Below are positions 1 to 11,300 of a stretch of DNA of 64,000 nucleotides, piece by piece (the first letter of the stretch is position 1; every line of letters begins with the position of its first letter). Under the pieces are notes generated by a model. That model saw only the letters and a list, made by a program, of their open reading frames with translations. It did no database searches and had not been told where the DNA came from. The stretch spans positions 28,706,001 to 28,770,000 of the forward strand of contig OZ004612.1 of the NCBI GenBank assembly GCA_963924565.1. The letters are read 5' to 3'. Made by a program: the position numbers and the translations under genes. Source of the stretch: Ascidiella aspersa (Eukaryota).

Positions 1-86
1 AAGTATTTCCGGTCGTTTAAATTTGTAATCCAATACCTGTCACCAACCTGAAGGGTCAATAAGCAATGAAATACTTAATTTTAAAG

Positions 87-3000
87 GAATCGGAATTGCA
101 AGTGCTGTAATACTTGTCCACGCCAACATCTGTTATCCAATCCTGCTCACTTGGTGCCTGAAGTACTTCGTCAGCAGCTTTGCCACAAACTTGCCCTGGA
201 CCACTTGCCACAACGATTGGAACACTGCTGACTGTGTGACACCAAGCGATGTGAACACAACCAATTCGAGCGACCCAAAGTCGGCTGGAGAAGAATTTTG
301 GAAGTAAGCGATGGCGTTTAATTAATAGAAACAACTGAAATATACGACATAAACAAATAGCATCTTTAAGATTAAGATTTTCTTGTAACAGCATCGCAAA
401 TTTTGCACTTTCGTTCTGTGCAAAATTAAACTACTTACCAATGTGGGAATCACTTAAGTGCATGACTTAACTCAAACTATTTCTAAATGTCTTAACTCAT
501 CTTAAGTCTTCTGGGCAAAATGACTTGCCTCGACACTTTTTTTAAAACGAATGACCATGTTTTTACTTGAATGTTTTCATTATAATTTTTTTTTTTTTTT
601 TGTTATGACAATAACTTGGGTTAGACTTGGCTCGTTTATGTTGCCAATCGATTTGGACACCAGTCATTTAAAAATAAAATGTTTAAAACACTGCTGATTA
701 CCCTCAAAAACAGGCATTTTGCAATATTGTTGCTTGATGTGTTAGCAAAGTGCTACAGTTCACCATTTCATAGTATACTTACATTTTATATTTTGTAAGT
801 TACGGAGTACTTGGCGTTAGTTCGGGCATTGGAGATCTTGGAAAGCTTAAACCAGACCTGGTCTTATGTTTGGCAATTATCTGGGTCTCCATCTACTTTA
901 CAACGTTCAAAGGAATAAAGTGGACAGCGAAGGTGCTGAATGTTAGCTTAGCTTGTATTTTTTCACGACATTTTACTATATTTTTGAAAAACCAGTTTAC
1001 AAACTATTGCTACCAAGCATAATATTACCTCAAAAGAGATGCCTAGTATTGTTTTTGTTCTTCGTTTGGACGACGTTTTGAATCGTATCGTTAAGCCCGA
1101 TTTATTTTCATTTTTACTTTGTTTTAGTCATGCTTTGTATGTAAAAGTGTTCGGTGTTATTCACCCTTAGAAGACGTCTTATATAGGTTGCTAAAAAGTT
1201 GGAGAATGAATAGAACGAACAGAAAAACTATTTTGGATTTATCAAACAGCCTCAAACATTTTGTATATTCAGCTTATAAAGTAATTTTTTAAAATAGTAT
1301 GTTGATTCTTTTTATATTTTATTTTTAATGTACACTATTTAAAAAATATTTTCAAGAACAAAACTATGTTTCATATCTCTAGGTAGCTTACATAACGGCA
1401 ACAGCTCCTTTTATTCTTATCGCAATTCTATTGGTGCGAGGCGCTACACTTGATGGCGCTAGAGATGGGATCGTATATTATCTCTATCCAAACGTCACAA
1501 AGCTAATGGAAATAGAGGTACGTGAGACTAATTTGCTAATATAGACAACAACATTTCTACGAAAGATCTATAATGTACCAAAAAACATAAAACTAATTGG
1601 AAAGAGAAATGAAACATTGCTCAGAATTTAGGAAAGAATGTTACATAATTACCTATGGTTTTAACAAAAATGCCAATTTACGTTTAACATATAGGTTTGG
1701 ACGAGTGCTGGTTCCCAAGTGCTGTATTCCTACTCAGTTTGCTTCGGGTCAAGTGTGGTGCTTGGCAGTTACAACAAGATTAATCACAACGTAATAAGGT
1801 AAAGTTTAGCGCTGATACTTTGCACCAGGGTTTCTTAACTGAGGGTAGATGGGCTCTTTCCAACGGGACAACAGGCATTTATAAGAACATAATAATACTT
1901 TCAATGAATAAACTGGGTAACTTCTGGAAGCTTATTACCAAAATCAGTTTGCCTAATAAGGATTATCGTGCAAGAAAGGCCAGGCTAAAAAATATCTAGT
2001 CTGTGATGAGGTTCGAACTCACGACCTTGTCGTTCTATTAACTGAGCTGCACAGCGGACTCAGTAGAAAGTACGTCGATAAATGAACAAAGCACGTCTGC
2101 CAGCTGCATCCTGTTCGTGCGTAGAACTCCGGATCAACAGCCTTGCCTTGGTTAATACCAAAGTAGCATATGGTTTAATTCGAATGTGCATAACACAAGA
2201 AGGGCACCAGCATTTATAGGCGAGTAGTCGAGTAATTTCACTGCGATACAACCAGCGCACTACACGGTAATTACGAACACGTAACTAGAGCACACGACTC
2301 AGGGGCTGCAGGCAACCTCTCGCATTAGAACCACGTGATCACTCCAGGACTATGGTTAGGCAAAAAGTCACGAAATTCACATTGTTGTATATTGCGATCA
2401 GTGGTACAATCTAAGTCTGTTTGAGGTTTATATAATAATGGGAATATTACAAGAAACACAGATTACACTAGCAGGACTCATGTTAGGAATTTTGTTTAGA
2501 GATTCTATCATTATCGGAGTTATGAATTCAGTGACAAGTTTTGTGAGCGGTTTCGCCATCTTTTCAACCCTTGGGTTCATGGCAAAATACAAGGTAGGCT
2601 CCATTGGTATTCTTTAGTATTATGACAAAAAGACTACTATTACAACAACCAACATCGTAAGCAGTAATATGTTTTAACAGCAATAGTTTAAATAATGCTC
2701 GATATCAGTTCAAAACAGAAATATCATGGCAATACTTACTTTGAACTCCAAATCAATATGATCTTTCCTAAATCGTTAATTGAATCAAATATAATGTCCA
2801 AGAAGATATCAAATTGTACGTTTAATCCACTATAACCGTAGATTCTATTCGTTAGCAGAACACAACGATCGAACACAACGAGAAGAGATAATATGTAGTT
2901 CTTAAGTTTCTACTTGTGTAAATAATTTTAATGTTGCCAGAACACAACGATCGACGAAGTGGCGCAGTCAGGTCCGGGCTTGGCCTTTACAGTTTACCCC

Positions 3001-6000
3001 GAAGCCCTGTCTCTTCTACCTCTTCCCCAGTTCTGGACTGCGCTTTTCTTTCTCGTGCTTCTCACACTTGGCTTCGATTCAATGGTGAGTTAAGTTGCGC
3101 TAAGATATGTGAAAAGTCAGTCAAAAGCAATAAAAAGACAATTGAAACAACTAAATAAACTTAACTATTTTTAAAAGGTTTTTTTGCTTGATCTAAGTGT
3201 TTTGTAAAAAAGCTTGACCTGACCAAACTTATTTCAACTAATAATTGAACCTAGGACATTTAGGCAACTTTTGATGGCAATTAAGTTCATTTGGATTTTT
3301 TGTTTTAAAAAGTGTTCAAATTTAAGTGACTTGAAATGACAAGCTGCGAACTTAAGTTATTTAAACTACATTCTTTGAAGGCAACAGAAAGCTTCTTAGT
3401 TTGATTAGGAAAGTTTCTTCAGATCTAAGCTCCGAAAAATAATTTTATTCAAACTACTGTCAAAAAGAGAGAAACCCCATCAATGTTGTTGTCATTGTTT
3501 TATGTTTCGGTTAACCGCTTTATTACTGAATTATATGTATTTTCACAGTTTGTGTTTCAAGAGTGCATTGCCTCTAATGTGATCGACAATGTGCCAAGGA
3601 TTCGCAAACTTCGCTACAACCGCGAGATAGTTCAAGCCGTCCTTGGATTTCTTATGTTTCTTGTGGGACTCTTGATGGTCACAGAGGTAAACTCAAATGA
3701 CTAAACTTTAAAAAATATCTCTTCAGGCATAACTTTAAACGTAAACCTATGATAACAAAGAGAGATATCAGAAAATGGCGCCGTTAATATTGCGGCGCCC
3801 AAACGCCGGTACCAAAACGGTCGATGTCAGATTGGTGAACCCTAATCGTCCCATACCTATGGTAGGCCTACTATTACAGATTATAACTTAAGGGCTGTAA
3901 CTCAAATACGGGCTGTTGATCCCCTTCTGATGTTGTATGTGCGGACAGGATGCAACAGGCAAGAAGTCATGGTTATTTCTAGACTTGCTCCTCTCTAAAC
4001 CTGTGTAGCTCGGTTGGTAGAGCGACGGTATGACCGGAGGTCGTGAGTTCGAACCTCACTGCAGGCTAATTGTCTTTCTAGCCTAGCCTGGCCTTACTTG
4101 CACTACAACACTGATTAGAATGATTTGATTTCAGTAAGCCTTTTCGAAAGCATCTTGTGTACTATGACAGTGTTGATAAATCCGCTGTAGATGTTTTTGT
4201 TTTATATATCTTATTGCGTATTTCCCTCAATATAACTAACCAAATCTAACACTGGAAAAAAACGCACACAGGGATGAGTAAAACTGCACAAAGCTTTATT
4301 TTAAAATAAACCCTTTTTCGTTGTAAAAAATGTACATTTTAATGATACACCAAAAAGCATTCATGGACCCCCTGAAACCAGTCCGCGTACTCACAAGAGT
4401 ACAGTTGACCCATGCTTAAGAACCCTTGTATTTTCTCATAGGGTGGAGTTTATATTTTCGAGATCTACAATAACTACGCTGTTAGCGGTTGGTGTCTGTA
4501 CGCCATCTCCTTGTGCGAGTTTGTGGCTGTGGCCTGGATTTACGGCTTGGACAGATACTGGGACGAACTCATGGCCATGATCGGACCTCACTACGGCAAG
4601 ATGTGGTTCAAGATATGCTGCAAGTACACAGGACCCCCTATCTGTGTGGTAAGGACAGGTTTTTAGCAGTGTATTTTGAAATGACTTAGGTCCAAATAAC
4701 ACGTCAAGTCATAACTAGAGCAAGTCAATTTTAAGTGCTTGTCATAAATATAAAACTTTAAACTATCAAAAGTTTGTAAAATCGTCCGATTATGAGCAAT
4801 AACTCAAGTAAAAATATAAACTAGCAAACAAATTAAAAAATAATAACATAAATAATAGCAAACAAATTGTTTTATGTGCAAAAATTAAGAAAATTCGTTA
4901 ATGAAAACGCTTCATATTTACCCAAATCAGTCGTCCGAAAGACTTAAGTTTAAGTCAAGTCATTTGTTCAAAAGACTTAAGTCAAGTCATATAAAAAAGT
5001 GACTTAAGTTAAATCATTGTCTTTAATCATTACAACACTGGTTTTTAGTTTAATTTAAACAAAATAAATTGATTCATTGGTGTTTTATTTGTGGCGGTAT
5101 AGGTAACTTTTTATATGCAAGATATGTTGTGTGGATATTTAAGCGTTAAATCTATTTTTATTTCAATATTTTAAACAATTTTAAAAATTGCCAAATTTAA
5201 TATAGATTCGATTATAATAATAATAAGACAGCATTTATTGTCAACACTCATTTGTAACTGTAACCACAATCTGTTTCCTGTGATTTATGTCCAAGTATAT
5301 AACGTGTATTTGCTCATTTTCTTACCAAGTCGGTAAGATTTGTTTAAATCCAAGTTCTATCAGGACTCAATAAAATCATACAAATTTAAGACTAATACAA
5401 AGCTCATACACAGCACTCTGAACAACACACAATACTTAAATCATTTAAATGCACAAAACCTAAATAACCTTCTTAAAAAAAAAAGAAAAAATCCAGTCTT
5501 TCCAGCCAAACAAACCTTAAAACTGTTGATCATGCTTTACCTAAAATAAGTGGACATGTTTTCGCAGCTTGTAGTAATATATTACTTGGCCAACACTTCG
5601 CTTCTGACATACGGCGACTACGTTTACCCAGTGTGGGCTCAGCTGATCGCTCATATCATGAGTTTGAGCTCGTTTGCGTGGATCCCTGCATACGCAATAT
5701 TCACACTGGTGAGAAACAGGAAGAGAAAAAAGAAGAATGAAAAGGTATTTTACAATACAAGAAAGAACATTGCTGAAAGCCTAATCGGAACATAAACAAA
5801 ATGTATACAATTTGTCGATTTTAAGATATCTCCATACTACCATTACCAGGTTTATTGCCAAGTAGTTTAAAGCGGATTTACTTAACCCAGTACTGCATAA
5901 GCGGCAAATAACGTCATTATCTTTGAAATATTTTTTAAATATGTAGAAAGTCATGTCAATAGATCATATTATATTTAGACTGTTTAGCAAAAACAGGTAT

Positions 6001-6287
6001 AAAAGCGTACAATAATTTCAATTTACAGAATTCACTGTGTACTCCTGCTGGCATTTTATACATGTTTATTTTTGTACAGAAACTAAGAATAACTGTTTTA
6101 TACGGTGAAAGGTATATTTCATTAAATTTAAAAAAATTCTTTATCCTTTATATTTGTGTGGACTAAACAGTTTTTATGTTAAATGGAATGTGTTCAAAAT
6201 CTTACAGTCTGCTTCTATGTTCAGGCACTTCAAACTAATGATGACAAGGATTACGCAATGAATGAAGTTGAAATGCGAATGCTTTAA
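87..6287 (+). CDS. SLC6 (NSS) Na+/Cl- dependent transporter, GABA/taurine/creatine-like; paralog A, 5' exons outside the window
   Basis: GT-AG exons 87-303, 800-932, 1383-1517, 1695-1798, 2500-2593, 2941-3084, 3549-3686, 4442-4648, 5568-5744, 6225-6287 join in frame. SLC6 motifs [69 protein letters not shown]. Exon sizes match paralog B except exon 3, which is 6 nt shorter. Confidence 0.93.
1968..2057 (-). mobile_element. tRNA-derived repeat fragment
   Basis: GAGGTTCGAACTCACGACC and ACTGAGCTGCACAG are the reverse complement of the B and A box region of the same family. Confidence 0.65.
3900..4105 (+). mobile_element. tRNA-derived interspersed repeat (SINE-like)
   Basis: Pol III A box TAGCTCGGTTGGTAGAGCG (4006) and B box GAGTTCGAACC (4045). 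The anticodon arm is degenerate, and the same family recurs about eight times in the window. Confidence 0.75.
4667..5040. mobile_element. hAT-type MITE (AAGTC/GACTT-rich family)
   Basis: Ends CAGTGT...ACACTG with a perfect 8-bp TSD GTTTTTAG (4659-4666 and 5041-5048). The paralog B intron has the empty site with a single GTTTTTAG (about 16363). Related decayed copies lie near 450-695, 11062-11915, 21980-22350 and 53890-54210. Confidence 0.85.
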
Positions 6288-8382
6288 AGTTATTTGTTTT
6301 CGTCTGAACGCAATAAGAATTCTATCAGCAATCTTTTGTTTCGTGTGTTTGTATTTAGACTGTCAGGAAGTTATTTGTTTAGGCCCCGCTGTAGTTTCAT
6401 ATGTGCAGTGTTGGCATATCAATCTATCACCATTAAATCAATCAAGTGCCAAAGAATAAATAACAGCTAATATCAGTCGTCGCTCAATTTAACAGCTAAA
6501 ACTCGATAAATTGCTTTCTAAGATTTAAAACGGAAGTGAAATCAAAGCTTTGAATGTCGACAATAGAGCGGGTCTATGTTTAACTAAAGGCATTTGAAAA
6601 GAGTTTACCAAACTTTATTTAGCGGCAGAGTCTCTTCTTGACAGGCGATAAACATTGCTAAGATGAATATTAGCAAGAACAGGGGGCGATACGCAGTTTA
6701 TGGCTGATAAAATTCCTGGTGATCATTTCGGTTTTTATTCTGTGGTTTGTATGAATTAGTTTGATCGATACCATGAAAATGTAAGTTGTATTCTTTGAAA
6801 CGCAGCTCTTCACGTAACCCTTGTTTGCTGCTTGGGCATTTGGCAGTTTTAATTTGGGATTGTAACTGTCTCACTTTTGCCTCGAGTTCATCAACGCGGT
6901 GGTGTGCAAGCTCAAGGCTTACTTCGGCTTGAAAAACTCGTTCCCGCAGGTGGATTGCAATTAAGTCAGGCGCCTGTTCATTGATTGCATCAAATTAAAT
7001 AAGTCACGTGATGTTTGGTTCTAAAATTAGAATATTTAAAAAAACGTTTTTTGGGATACACTGTATTTATTAGAGCCGTGTCATATCACATTCCATACTT
7101 TTTGCCAGAAACAATCTGCTCCAGCAATTTATCAAGGTTTATGGTTTGTTTTTTGGTCTACTCCTGTTAATGTTGCTTGAAGAACGCTATTTTAAAATTC
7201 CGACACAACGCGATCGACCAGGTGAAATGTGACGATCAAGGGGTGGGTCGCCATTGAAGTGTTGACCACCCCTGATTATAACTTTACGGATTTTTCACGA
7301 AGTGTCAACTGCACTGCACCCATTTCCCCATTATCAACCACCTCGCAAAAAATGCTGCCTTCGCCGCACCCTATTCTGCTGTAGCCTAAACAGCAGTAAA
7401 CTTGTACTGCTGTTTACCGATAAAATGTCGTCAGCTGCTGTATCCTGGCAGCCAAAACTGCTGTACCACTGCCCTGCCTATATCATCACTTAGAAGTAAA
7501 ATCCTGAGACTTTGTACGCCACGGGACTAACTTTTCATTTATGATGTCATAAAATCGCAGCGCAAACGAATAATTTTAGAATATTATTCAACACCGGTTA
7601 CCAGAGGAAAACGATCAAAGTTCTGCAGTTGTTGAAAAGAAGACCAAAAGATAAGGACATTTAAGTTTTCTAAGAACTATACTGACTTAGAGGTTGTTTT
7701 TAGCAAACCTTATATTTACAGGACATGGAGTCAAAGCGTATGTTGACTGAAGGGAAGAAAATGTTAAAATGTTAAAAATTAAAGTGATTGATAAGCGGAG
7801 TCGATTAATAAGCTTTTTTCACTTCAAATGAAAAGCTCGTTTCCTGAGGGAGTCAATGCCATTCAGTGTTTTCGCTTAAGCACGGTTTTCGGTAGAAAAG
7901 TGTCATTAGTAATTTGAGATTAAAACGCAACAATAGCTGGCGTTAAAAATATTCGCCGTTATTTCAAACATATTCACACTAAGCCATAATAATAGCTGAC
8001 GAAAACAGGGTATTAGTGTGTAAAGCCAAAATTAGCCAAAAGTAGCTTCTCTGGTAATTATTTTTTAATTTTGAATATAGATATTACCAAATGAAAAAAT
8101 CTGATTAATGATTCCTAAATATTTTAGTTTGCTAATACCAGCAACCTAACATTTTTATTGATTCATTCGATTGCGCATATTAGGTTTATTCTTGTTAGAC
8201 GACAAAAGTACATGAATTTAAGTTATTTGCAGCTCGGTGCTTACCAGTATAGGCTTTATTTGGAAAGTATTGGGAAATCTAAAAACCTGGTATTTCAAAG
8301 GGTTATAATTTATTAGATTTTGTAAGATTGTGATGGGTTCAAGTTAAAGTCATCTAACGTTTACAGATTTCGTGAATTAAAC

Positions 8383-11300
8383 ATGTCAAACGATGATTTG
8401 TCGAAGGGTTCTCAGGAAGCTGAAGTGAAGAAAGATTTGAAGAAGACTCGATCGCAATGGAAGAAACCTGGGGATTTTTTGTTCGCCACAGCTGGATGTA
8501 CTGTTGGTCTTGGAAATGTTTGGCGTTTTCCCTATTTGTGTTTTAAGAATGGTGGAGGTTAGTAAATGGTGCATATTGAAGATTGAACGCCCAAAACTAA
8601 ATTGACCTCATAATAAAGATTTAGTTGTAATATAAAAATTGTTAAACCGTCAATCTATGACATAAGACTATAAACGTCCTGAAAGTGTATTATTGTGCAG
8701 ATAACTAAGTATAGATACATTTGCGACTTCATACTTAGCATCAAATGGCGATGTATACTTACTAAGTTTTACGGAAATTTTTCGAGATTATTCTTGGAAC
8801 TATATACCAACATAAATCGATTAAAATATTATTTTGTTTGCACAAGGTTTATTAAAGGCTTGGGTGAAAAGATCTATTTTAAGTGAAAGTTTATTCTTTG
8901 AAAATTCGTGTTCAACATAAAGAGATAGATATAGTTGGGAATGTTAAAAGTTTTAGTAATTTGACAGTTTGTTTTCTCTGTAGCGTTATTCACTGAGAGA
9001 AAATTGAATTAAACATTTGCTCCCTTCTGAACCTGTGCAGCTGAGATGATAGTGCGAAGCTCCTGGTATGGCCTGAGGTCGTGAGTTCGAACCTCACAAA
9101 AGGGTAGTGTTTTTCTTTGTCTGCGGTTGGTTTCGGTGTACTGGTGATACTTAGCTGTCATCGTTGGTCAAAAAGCGGCATCAGAATAGCTAGATTGTTG
9201 TACACGTATGTGTGTGTATCTTCTATTTAATTAAACACCTTATACCTTTCATAAAGGTGCGTTTCTGCTGACGTACCTTCTAAGCGCCACATTCCTGGGA
9301 ATTCCCCTTTTGCTTCTGGAGATGAGCATTGGTCAAAAGGTCAGAAAAGGTTTGATAAAAAGCTGGGCTATCATTCCTGTCTTCAAAGGTGAGTTGCAAA
9401 TCTGGCATACCGAACTACGAAAAGTTTAATGTAGTTCGTACAGTTTGTTGTTAATGTGAAAAAGAGACCTCATGGGCTTTAATTTCTAGGATGGCAGGTT
9501 AAGCACAATAAAAAAGAAAAAAAATACAATAAAAAATAAAAAACAAGCAACCCGCAAATTAAAAAAACGAGAACTCAGAAAAAAACAAGCCCAAAGTCGC
9601 TTGAAAAGCGCAAGGTTGGCAACATTTTCTACGCACCCAACTGCTATCTCCAACACAGAAACTAAAACCCATTGTTAGGATACAATGACCTTTTTTGCTC
9701 AAAATTATTGTTTTTCAAAACAAAGCGCATAGTATCTACTGTATAACAAAACAGTAGAATCTGTTCAAATTGCTCTGTGGCTCATTAAAATTGTCTTGGT
9801 GGCCGAGTACTGCTGCTATGGTATAATAACGCCTACATCTCACTCTGCAGCAAGGGCTTTTCGTGTGCTGGGAATTCACATTCCCCAGACAATAAGCATC
9901 ATATATTTACGCTTCTAATAGCAATCGATTTATTCTTTCTTTAAGTGCAATCCATTTGTTTTTGTTTTAACTCGCATCAAATAATGCCACAGGGTGAGTA
10001 GCCTATGTTTCTAATTCGCTAAATGGTATCATTGTGCAATGTTAGCATGCTCAGTTTCTCAAGCCAAAAGAGATGTTTAGGATTCACAATGATACTGCAA
10101 AACAAACACATTTTTCCAATCGTAGGTGATAACTGAAAAGTGGGGCTATTATTTTTGACCTAAAAATGAGAAATTTTGACGTCAAAAAGTGAAATTGTGA
10201 CAAATTTTGACCCACAAATATATATTTTTGACAAATTTCGGACCTATTAGAAATACATTGATTTAGGTAACATATTGCTGTTTGAAGTATTGCATTAGCG
10301 TCTTGGCATTGTCAACCACACGTTTTGATGTTTTACTGACTACCGGTCGAACACAAATCAGTTATTCTTTCGGGTTTGTGCAAAACTCATGAAAATGCCC
10401 AAGAAAAACAACACTTGAAATGCAACGTAAACATAATTGCCATTTTTTTTAATTGTTAAACGATTTATATACATTTTAATCGATTGTGACTTGAAATAGT
10501 TTTGACAAATTTTAACCTAACGTGTAAATTTTAACAAAATGTTGACTTCATTGACAAGTCAAAAATTAATCGCTTAACTGATAAGTAATGTATAATCGAT
10601 GATAAAAACTAAAATGGTAAAACAAGTATGCATTTTCTATCGGTAAAATTTTTAATTTAATACTTGTCGGTCACCAATGTTAAAATGCTTAATACCACAG
10701 GAATCGGATTTGCAAGTGCCGTATTAATTGTCTACTCAAACGTCCAACACCCAATCGTGCTTGCGTGGTGCCTGAAGTACTTCGTCAGCAGCTTTGCCAC
10801 AAACTTGCCCTGGACCACTTGCCACAACGATTGGAACACTGCTGACTGCGTTACACCAAGCGGTGTGAACACAACCGGGACAAACTCAAGTAAACTCATG
10901 TCGGCCGGGGAAGAATTTTGGAAGTAAGCGACGGCGTTTAATTAATATAAACAACTGAAAGTACATCGCACGACATAAACAAATAGCATCTTTAAGATTA
11001 AGATTTTCTTGGAACAGCATCGTAAAGTTTTGCACTTTCGTTCTGTGCACAACAAACCACCAGTGCTGCAGTGTATTTTGTGACTTATGACTTGACTTAA
11101 ATGCACTTTAGTCGATATTTTTAAGTAACTTTACTCTCAAGTCTTCTGGGTAAAATCAATTGACTCGACACGTTTTTAAAACGAATGACCATGTTTTTAC
11201 TTAAGTGTTGTCATTGCAATTTATTGGCGAATTTGGTTATTGCTTGTAAAGCAGTTTACTTAGTATATTTTGCCAGAGGCGCCCGCATAAAATTTTCCAG

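Noticed and set aside
56-394. Minus-strand ORFs over exons (also 4436-4702, 16140-16385, 20833-21126, 33197-33406, 35133-35447, 51376-51900)
   Set aside because: They are antisense shadows of plus-strand exons.
3999-4066. Functional tRNA gene
   Set aside because: A and B boxes are present, but the anticodon arm is degenerate and the flanks are shared with multiple diverged copies, so it is a repeat.
5745-5795. SLC6-A ending by read-through at 5795
   Set aside because: AAG|GTATTT is conserved in all three copies, the read-through sequence is not, and a conserved downstream terminal exon exists.
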